Below are positions 28,035-34,027 of a stretch of 64,000 nt of DNA, one piece after another. The stretch spans positions 3,338-67,337 of the forward strand of contig CAVXDX010000012.1 in NCBI GenBank assembly GCA_963760615.1, read 5' to 3'. This DNA is from an uncultured Candidatus Micrarchaeota archaeon. GTDB taxonomy: Archaea > Micrarchaeota > Micrarchaeia > Burarchaeales > Fermentimicrarchaeaceae. Position 1 is the stretch's first letter; each line of letters starts with the position of its first letter. The notes under the pieces are model-generated. The model had not been told where the DNA came from. It saw only the letters and a program-made list of their open reading frames with translations, and made no database searches. Both the position numbers and the translations under genes were made by a program.

Positions 28035-28481
28035 TTGGATGTTCTTTTAGATACAAATGTCTACCTGGCGCATATAAAAGGTGAAATGCAGGGCTCTCAT
28101 GCAAAAATTATACTGGAAAGGGTGGCAGCAGGGGAGCTTGCCCTTTGCTACAACGGCATAATCCGGATGGAAATAGAGAGAAAGTATGGGTATTACCTAG
28201 AACCGTTTTGCGCCATACTCGAAGAGCTGAGAAAATTAGGCAGAGTTGTGGATGTTGAAATCACAAATGAGATGAGTGAAAAGGCAATACAACTCGATAG
28301 GAAGCTGATAAAATACAGAAGAGGAAAGGAAGAAAGATTCGGAAAGATTGATTGCTTGCTGATACTTCTTGCAAAGAAACATGGATGCATGCTTGTGACT
28401 ATTGAGAAAGAATTAATTGAAGCCGCAAGAGAAGAGGGAGTCAAGGCAGTCAGTCCAATGGATCTAGCGATGAGTTTCTAG
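28035..28481 (+). CDS. PIN-domain (VapC-like) nuclease, TTG start
   Basis: LLDTNVYL N-terminal acidic motif and further conserved acidic positions in a 148-aa PIN-sized protein. Confidence 0.6.
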   Translation: MDVLLDTNVYLAHIKGEMQGSHAKIILERVAAGELALCYNGIIRMEIERKYGYYLEPFCAILEELRKLGRVVDVEITNEMSEKAIQLDRKLIKYRRGKEERFGKIDCLLILLAKKHGCMLVTIEKELIEAAREEGVKAVSPMDLAMSF

Positions 28482-28793
28482 GTTCGCTTCCTTTATGAGC
28501 ATGCCCAGAGCTTTACGTTCATTGTTATCCGCCCTCTTTAGAAAATCTTTCCACAACGATTTTCTGGCTGCCCTTCCTAGTTTTGCTGCGCTCTTTGCTC
28601 TATCTCGTTTAACACTCCCGAAAGTCTCCTCAATAATCTTTAATGCCCTTTGTCTTAAAAGTTCAGTCTTTCCTAATTTACTCATATCTTTTACGGCCTC
28701 ACTTCTAGAGGTATAGTATCCTTCTTTAACCAGAATATCTATCTCCTCAACGTCTTTTACTGCATACCGAACTGGTACGACAATGGATTTCAT
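28464..28793 (-). CDS. Ribbon-helix-helix (CopG/VapB-like) DNA-binding protein
   Basis: MKSIVVPVRYAVKDVEEIDILVKEGYYTSRSEAVKDM is the RHH beta-strand plus EEID...SRSEA helix pattern. Convergent with the PIN gene and overlapping it by 18 nt. Confidence 0.5.
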   Translation of the reverse strand: MKSIVVPVRYAVKDVEEIDILVKEGYYTSRSEAVKDMSKLGKTELLRQRALKIIEETFGSVKRDRAKSAAKLGRAARKSLWKDFLKRADNNERKALGMLIKEANLETHR

Positions 28794-28895
28794 TGTATAC
28801 TAAAGCGTATACAGTATTTAAAAGCTTTTGCTGTTCGTATTAAGCCGAATTGTTATTTCATCAAGATTGATAGAATGACCAAGAGGGACGGGGGA

Positions 28896-28913
28896 ATGTA
28901 ACCCGGGTTACAA
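28896..28913. promoter_or_regulatory. 18-bp palindrome atGTAACccggGTTACaa, candidate operator
   Basis: In the divergent intergenic region between the RHH gene (28793) and the 28951 gene. Confidence 0.5.
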
Positions 28914-28932
28914 AGCAGGCTTAAATATCGGG

Positions 28933-28946
28933 AAAGGCATAATTTA
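28933..28946 (+). promoter_or_regulatory. Conserved promoter-proximal 14-mer aaaggcataattta (copy 3)
   Basis: Identical 14-mer. TATA gcttaaatat about 28918-28927. ATG at 28951. Confidence 0.55.
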
Positions 28947-28950
28947 AGGC

Positions 28951-29118
28951 ATGACAGAGGCAAAAAAGCCGGCTGCCAGCATGAGAAAAGATATAGAGCG
29001 GCAGCAGGAGAAGATGAGGGAGCTGTTCGACGAGCTCAAAGAAACCGTGAGCAAACCCAAATGGGATGAGAAGCCGAAGGGGTTCTTCACCGCGCTTGAG
29101 AAAAAGCTCGGCAACTAA
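28951..29118 (+). CDS. Small hypothetical protein (55 aa), not in the supplied ORF track
   Basis: Read directly from the + strand: MTEAKKPAASMRKDIERQQEKMRELFDELKETVSKPKWDEKPKGFFTALEKKLGN. Preceded by the conserved aaaggcataattta 14-mer and TATA. Confidence 0.4.
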   Translation: MTEAKKPAASMRKDIERQQEKMRELFDELKETVSKPKWDEKPKGFFTALEKKLGN

Positions 29119-29716
29119 CCTTAAGGCAACGGATATAATACACTTTGTCACGGCGGGTGAATCAAAATGTAACATTATACTGACTTCAGATGATGACTTT
29201 ATTTCAGAAGGTACAAGATTTCTAAAGATGAAAAAAGAAGATGACAAGCTAAAGTTCTGTAAGCCTATCGAAAAGAATGTGCTAGATGCAGTTGATAATC
29301 TCACTAAAAAAGTTCCTTAAAGTATATAGATTTTTGTGTATAATATAGCATCCGTGAATCACTCGAAACCGTCCGGTTTTGCCAGAAAAAGCAAAAAAAG
29401 CGGTAAAATCCGGCAGAACAGGCAGTATCTCTCCAACTTCTTCAAAAATCCTGAAAAGCCAGCCTAGACCGGAGAAGCCGGCTCAGGCGTAAGCCTCTTC
29501 CGGCTGCGCCAAAGCGCAGCAAGTGTTAGTTTGACCGTTTCACGATGAAGAGAAAAAGCAGGTGAAACGGTAACCGATGCTGCTCAGACGTAAGCATATT
29601 CCGAACTGCCTACCGTTTCGACCGATTCTACAGACGTGTTTTATACCCTAGCAGAAATTTGAAAAAAAGCAGAAAGCTTACGCTATACTCGCAGTCAATG
29701 ACTACTGCCCACCTCC

Positions 29717-29917
29717 CTACTTACTCAGAGCTTTTGCTATTACTATCAGAACTGGTGTTATGATTGTCAGTGCTACTGCAGCTGTTATAACTTGTAGTAT
29801 CTGAGAACCTAGTGGATTACTGGTTGTTATTAGATAGAGTGCTGCTAGTACGATGATTGCAACTGTTCCACTTGCAATTCCAATTCCAAATATCTTCAGT
29901 GAACTCATGCCTTTCAC
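29717..29917 (-). CDS. Small membrane protein (66 aa, 2 TM)
   Basis: Hydrophobic small ORF. Confidence 0.3.
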   Translation of the reverse strand: MKGMSSLKIFGIGIASGTVAIIVLAALYLITTSNPLGSQILQVITAAVALTIITPVLIVIAKALSK

Positions 29918-30237
29918 CTCCAGCCCTTACTCGCTAGAAAGGTTTTTAAATCGCCTCTTACAAAACTAGTAACAGTTATGTAAGAGGTGGTAGCGGGAGA
30001 GGTCATGGTTACACGTGTACCCTCCCCCATCTCTTTCTAGTTTTCAAAACTGCTATAATTTTGGAAGTAAAAGTTTTAATAACATATTGTCCAACAAATT
30101 CAGTCGCTCCGACGAGAAGATGCCGGAATGTGAGTTCTGCTGGTTCAATCGAAGTATTTTATACCCGAATTGAAGATGCTGGTTTTTGTGCGAGTTGAGA
30201 GGCAGATATTTAAACCGAAAAATGCATAACTTATTCC

Positions 30238-30479
30238 GAGTGATGAGCCGGCAGCTTTCCCGCAAGGGAGGAAGTTCCACCCATCGCGAAGGCTGAGGGA
30301 ACCTAAGGTTCGGACGGGAACAGAAACGAGACTGGCCGATTCAGATGAGGATGAAGCAATGAGATGGGTCGAGCCGGGTGAAACGCGCCCGTCGCAAAAG
30401 CAGGATGTGCGATGCAAGGCCTTTGAGCCGCTTAGTCCAATGCTGTCTAAAACAAAAGGTGGGCTATGGCTCGTCACTC
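30238..30479 (+). ncRNA. rnpB: RNase P RNA (compact, about 242 nt)
   Basis: P1 is 12 bp: GAGUGAUGAGCC pairs with GGCUCGUCACUC. P2 is GGCAGC/GCUGUC. P3 is a hairpin with a GCAA loop. CR-I is GGAGGAAGUUCCACCC (E. coli has GGAAAGUCCGGGC). CR-V is ACAAAAGGUGGGCUAUGG (E. coli has ACAGAACCCGGCUUAUCGG) with compensatory CCAC/GUGG in P4. A GGGUGAAAC (CR-II) segment and a GCAAGGCC (CR-III) segment are present. TATA atatttaaa sits about 28 nt upstream. Confidence 0.8.
30433..30479 (+). repeat. 47-bp perfect direct repeat, copy 1 (3' end of rnpB); att-like
   Basis: tagtccaatgctgtctaaaacaaaaggtgggctatggctcgtcactc is identical to 31673-31719. Degenerate similarity extends about 20 nt further 5'. Confidence 0.85.
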
Positions 30480-30989
30480 TTTCTGCTTGCTTGGCTTCTT
30501 TATGACAGGTTTTTCCTCTGGCTTTGTTTTCTGTAAAGTAAGCGCAAGCGACCATCCGATGGTTACTCCGCAGACCCACAAAAACCCGAAGATTATAGGA
30601 CTGATGTCGGAATGGTATATCGGGCACGCATCCAAAATTCCAAATAGGGGTTTGTTGTATGGCCTTCCGGAGGTGCAGTGGAAAATGAATGGTATCAGCG
30701 CCAGTATGGCAATGAAGAAAAGGAAAGTGAGAATCCCGCTGGCAATCAGATCTATTGAATCCAGATGGTATATTCTCACCGCAGCGTAGCCGCCGCTGAT
30801 AAAAATGATAAGGACAGCCAGCAGATACCCGAAGTAAAAGTTGCTTCCAAATGCAAATTGAGAGTAGCCCGGGAGAGAATCGTACATGGGCTCGGTTATT
30901 GCGTATATGAGAAATATCAAAGCCACTGGAATAAGCGATGCTTTCAGCATTTTCTTCCATTCCATGAGACCACCCATCAGATATGCCAT
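30474..30989 (-). CDS. Membrane protein (171 aa, about 4 TM) inside the repeat-bounded segment
   Basis: Hydrophobic ORF. Its stop overlaps the rnpB 3' end convergently. Confidence 0.45.
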   Translation of the reverse strand: MAYLMGGLMEWKKMLKASLIPVALIFLIYAITEPMYDSLPGYSQFAFGSNFYFGYLLAVLIIFISGGYAAVRIYHLDSIDLIASGILTFLFFIAILALIPFIFHCTSGRPYNKPLFGILDACPIYHSDISPIIFGFLWVCGVTIGWSLALTLQKTKPEEKPVIKKPSKQKE

Positions 30990-31041
30990 TCCGAGATTTA
31001 TAAAGTTTCACACCGGGGGCTTTTTTTCCAGCAGAATGCGC

Positions 31042-31362
31042 TTATAACTCCGTATGGATTACCTTGAGGAGCAGACCGTCCTTTATCTTTTCGAACAGCA
31101 CAAGGTCCTTGTCATGAATCTTCTCCTCCTCAACCAGCTTCTCAGGCAGTGTGACCACTTTTGAATGCCCCACCACCCTCACCCTCCTGGCCAACGACTT
31201 CCTCCTGCCGGTCAGGACTTCCCACCTCAGCATTTCGCTTGAGGGAAAGAAGGTCTCGGAGCAGCCCTGGCACTTCCATCCTCTAATCCTGACGCCTTCG
31301 CTTACTTCCGTGTATTTTTTCAACGGTCCTTTGCAGATTGCGCATCTTTCCATAAACATCAC
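31042..31362 (-). CDS. Zinc-ribbon plus AbrB/SpoVT-like swapped-hairpin domain protein, putative antitoxin
   Basis: N-terminal CAICKG...CQGC ribbon. The C-terminal VVGHSKVVTLPEKLVEEEKIHDKDLVLFE resembles AbrB/MazE-fold DNA binders. Confidence 0.45.
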   Translation of the reverse strand: MMFMERCAICKGPLKKYTEVSEGVRIRGWKCQGCSETFFPSSEMLRWEVLTGRRKSLARRVRVVGHSKVVTLPEKLVEEEKIHDKDLVLFEKIKDGLLLKVIHTEL

Positions 31363-31613
31363 CTCACAAGCTTCAGATGAATTAATATAATCTCCTTGTC
31401 AGTTTCGGCATAGACAAGCTCCCAAACTCCATTTTTTGCTTTCCTCTCAACCCTTACCTTCTCCTTGGATTCCTTCTCATGCTCTCCTTTCTCCAGGATT
31501 TCCAGAACAAAATCCAGATTTTTCCTGTATATGTTGTAAAGTTCATTCTTGAAATGCCCTGTCTCAATCAAATCTTTGTTCTTGAATCGCAGCTCTTCAG
31601 GCATATATCTCAA
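31359..31613 (-). CDS. RelE/ParE-like small protein (84 aa), putative toxin
   Basis: The C-terminal GVWELVYAETDKEIILIHLKLVR resembles the RelE/ParE beta-sheet region. Overlaps the downstream AbrB-like gene by 4 nt. Confidence 0.4.
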   Translation of the reverse strand: MRYMPEELRFKNKDLIETGHFKNELYNIYRKNLDFVLEILEKGEHEKESKEKVRVERKAKNGVWELVYAETDKEIILIHLKLVR

Positions 31614-31672
31614 CTGAGTAAAGTATATACTCTTGGATATTTATATATCTTTCTATAATTGAGGCTTTGCTG

Positions 31673-31719
31673 TAGTCCAATGCTGTCTAAAACAAAAGGT
31701 GGGCTATGGCTCGTCACTC
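31673..31719 (+). repeat. 47-bp perfect direct repeat, copy 2 (displaced partial rnpB 3' end); att-like
   Basis: Identical 47-mer with a gapped similar 5' extension (ggctttgctgtagtcc versus ggcctttgagccgcttagtcc). Confidence 0.85.
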
Positions 31720-31736
31720 ATTATTGTTTATTGTGT

Positions 31737-32612
31737 TCAGGCGATTCCGTACTGTTTTTTTATCTCCTCGAAAGTAGGCAGGGCAAACTCCTTTCTTGCT
31801 TTTACTACTTCCTGAAAATCCTCAGGATTGACCCCGAGCTTCTTGGCTATGTCCTTCACATCTAACAGCTTAACCTTTGAAAGCTTTACTACTCCGAACC
31901 AGTGCATCGCCCTCACGTCATCCCAGAGAAGCTCGCCATTGGGGTTTTTCGCCAGCTCTTCTATTATCTCCTTCCTGGCTGCATAAATCTTGTCGTCATC
32001 CCCGAGAATCCTGTTGTTGAAAAAAAGAAAGATTTTCGCAAACGTGACTTCCTCCATGTCTTCAGATTTTTTGCTGCCATCTGAAGGTTTGAAATTTCTT
32101 ATTCTCTCTTTTGTTTCCTCAAGTTCGAAGATACGACCTCTGAGTTTCATGTTTTCATCTCCAAACTCGTGCATCACCAAGCTCGTTTCATGGTTATTGC
32201 TCTCATCCCTCAGTAGGACATGCACATCAACATCGCTCCTTGCCCCTGCGGTTCCTTTTGCCCAGCTCCCCATAAATGAAAGTCCTATAAACTTGTCCCC
32301 GTTAATGAATTTTAGCGCTTTCTCAGCTCTCCCCAGCAGCTCTATGAGTTCTTCATAGCGCTGTTTTTCCAAAGCAGTGCCCTTTCTACCTATAAACTCC
32401 GGGTATTCGGCTGACTTGAGGACTTCCGCCCTTGCGGCCTGCTTCAGCTCATTCTTGAATGACTTCGTGAGAAACTTTTCAGCAGCAGCCCTTTCGTCAT
32501 CTGACAGGATGCTTTTCTTCAGGGCTTCCTTGAAGTCTGAGCCTATCTCATCCCTGAGTTTTTGCTCTATCTGCTTGTCCTTTGAAATTTTCTGCATGTC
32601 TAGATTAGGCAT
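31737..32612 (-). CDS. Polymerase-beta-superfamily nucleotidyltransferase domain protein (291 aa)
   Basis: GSWAKGTAGARSDVDVHVLL is the hG[GS]x9-13Dh[DE]h NTase motif. The protein is much longer than a minimal MNT. The GTAAC-N4-GTTAC palindrome sits at -85. Confidence 0.55.
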   Translation of the reverse strand: MPNLDMQKISKDKQIEQKLRDEIGSDFKEALKKSILSDDERAAAEKFLTKSFKNELKQAARAEVLKSAEYPEFIGRKGTALEKQRYEELIELLGRAEKALKFINGDKFIGLSFMGSWAKGTAGARSDVDVHVLLRDESNNHETSLVMHEFGDENMKLRGRIFELEETKERIRNFKPSDGSKKSEDMEEVTFAKIFLFFNNRILGDDDKIYAARKEIIEELAKNPNGELLWDDVRAMHWFGVVKLSKVKLLDVKDIAKKLGVNPEDFQEVVKARKEFALPTFEEIKKQYGIA

Positions 32613-32691
32613 TTCTTTCTATTTAATCTTGCCTCCCCCCCAACAACCAAATTAACCAGTAAGATTTCCCACCGGGGGCTTTTTTCCAGTT

Positions 32692-32709
32692 ATGTAACCA
32701 TGGTTACAT
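32692..32709. promoter_or_regulatory. Perfect 18-bp palindrome atgtaaccatggttacat, candidate operator
   Basis: Perfectly self-complementary. About 85 nt upstream of the nucleotidyltransferase gene start (32612). Confidence 0.55.
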
Positions 32710-32788
32710 TGCCTTGACACGGATTTATTTTGTTACAGTAACAAAAAATGCCTCTTTTCGTGCTGATTTTGTTATAATAACAAATTAA

Positions 32789-33070
32789 CTAGTCCGCCCC
32801 GCACCAGAATCCGCCGTACTTCTTTATGTACTTCTCCTCCTGCTTGAAATGCTTCCTGCAGAGGTAGCTCCATCCCGAGTCCTTTCCGATGTGGTAAACC
32901 TCCTTGAATGGTTCATCGGTGCAGCCCTTATAATCGCAGAAATGCCCCTCCATGTATCTTCTGGCGCATTTCTCGGAGCAGAACTCGCCGTATTTCTTCA
33001 GGGAGACTGCCTTCCTGCCCGTTTTTCCATCGCACCATCTGCACTCTCTTTCTCTACGCATGGTATGCAA
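32789..33070 (-). CDS. Cys/His-rich small zinc-binding protein
   Basis: Multiple CxxC/HxxC pairs in 93 aa (CRWCDG...CSEKCARR...HFCDYKGC...CRKH). Confidence 0.35.
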   Translation of the reverse strand: MHTMRRERECRWCDGKTGRKAVSLKKYGEFCSEKCARRYMEGHFCDYKGCTDEPFKEVYHIGKDSGWSYLCRKHFKQEEKYIKKYGGFWCGAD

Positions 33071-33413
33071 CTGCCTTTATCGATTTCCTATGGGCCGCTC
33101 CTTCACCGACGGATTGTCTTATCAGCGCAAGCTCTATCTTCTTTATTTCTTGCACTATTGGGCTTGCCTCGTTGAGCTGGTAGAGCTTTATCCTGCCAAT
33201 CTGCCTTGTCACTTTCATTATGTTCCTTTCCTCAAGCCTGTCCCAGTATTTGTACAGGGTCGTCCAGCCAACTCCCGAGCCATTTGCTATTTCCTTCTTG
33301 GTGAAATCCCGCAGTCTGTTCTCCAGTAGGAAATCAATTATTCTGAATAATGGCGTGTCCCCGAAAAATTCAAGAAGAAGGGAACTACCACCGCTAGGGT
33401 CGCCAAGACTCAC
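33054..33413 (-). CDS. Winged-helix transcriptional regulator
   Basis: LFRIIDFLLENRLRDFTKKEIANGSGVGWTTLYKYWDRLEERNIMKV shows a wHTH pattern. Divergent from the 33560 gene. Confidence 0.5.
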   Translation of the reverse strand: MSLGDPSGGSSLLLEFFGDTPLFRIIDFLLENRLRDFTKKEIANGSGVGWTTLYKYWDRLEERNIMKVTRQIGRIKLYQLNEASPIVQEIKKIELALIRQSVGEGAAHRKSIKAVAYHA

Positions 33414-33559
33414 TTATATCACCTCTAAGCATTATTATTAACAGTTAATAGTTAACACACAAAAGTATTTAAATGTTCGCTAATAAATATATGAGCATTC
33501 TTCAAAAAGAACAGTTGGAGAGTAGTCTGAGGTGACCGTGACTCCAACGGAGAATACGT

Positions 33560-33850
33560 ATGAGTGAGATTGACAGGGCATATTCAAAAGAAGAGCTTAA
33601 GGCGCACATTCTCTATAAGCTTGCAAGGAGGAGGATGTGGGGAGGCAAACACCTCCCGATTATGTATGTCCGTTCTGGAATTCCTCAGAAATATTTGAGT
33701 CAGTTAGATGAGATTGCGAAGGAACTTATAAATGAAGGACTTCTCATTCAAGCTCCGAAAACAGGCCAGCTTCATGTCTCACTCAATCCGCGTATGAAGA
33801 GGGAAATAATTGAGCTGATTGAAAGACATTTCGGAAAAGTTTACTGGTGA
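33560..33850 (+). CDS. Hypothetical small protein (96 aa), possible wHTH
   Basis: Clean ORF with no strong motif. Confidence 0.3.
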   Translation: MSEIDRAYSKEELKAHILYKLARRRMWGGKHLPIMYVRSGIPQKYLSQLDEIAKELINEGLLIQAPKTGQLHVSLNPRMKREIIELIERHFGKVYW

Positions 33851-33903
33851 AACACGAGCCACTCACCCTTTTAAATTTTCTATTTCACAACTAATACGCC
33901 AAG

Positions 33904-34027
33904 GCCAAGGTAGCTCAGCTTGGTTAGAGCACCAGACTCATAAGCTCAGCTTCATGAGTGATGAGCGCTATGCGCGATGATATGCTGCGTAATCTGGGTG
34001 TCGCGAGTTCAAATCTCGCCCTTGGCA
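33904..34027 (+). tRNA. tRNA-Met (anticodon CAU) with a 49-nt intron (33943-33991) at the canonical 37/38 position
   Basis: Acceptor GCCAAGG/CCTTGGC, D-arm GCTC...GAGC, anticodon stem CCAGA/TCTGG, loop CTCATAA, T-arm GCGAGTTCAAATCTCGC. Intron segment AUGAGU pairs with ACUCAU of the anticodon region (BHB-type helix). No CCA is encoded. Confidence 0.75.

Noticed and set aside
29340-29716. SRP (7S) RNA in the ORF-free structured region
   Set aside because: I could not place the conserved helix-8 or Alu-domain motifs or a long terminal helix, so I left it as an uncharacterised structured non-coding region.
29950-30040. Inverted repeats cctcttaca...tgtaagagg and ggttacacgtgtacc upstream of rnpB as further operator copies
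   Set aside because: They resemble ordinary promoter-region hairpins. They do not match the GTAAC-N4-GTTAC consensus well enough to be grouped with the three clear sites.
30145-31011. 288-aa ORF on the minus strand spanning the rnpB region
   Set aside because: It overlaps the RNase P RNA gene and the better-supported hydrophobic ORF at 30474..30989 in another frame. Composition is Arg/Cys/Ser-rich nonsense, so it is a spurious antisense ORF.
33943-33991. Full box C/D guide RNA in the tRNA-Met intron
   Set aside because: There is a good C box (GUGAUGA) but I cannot find convincing D/D' boxes (CUGA) or guide complementarity, so I report it only as a lead.
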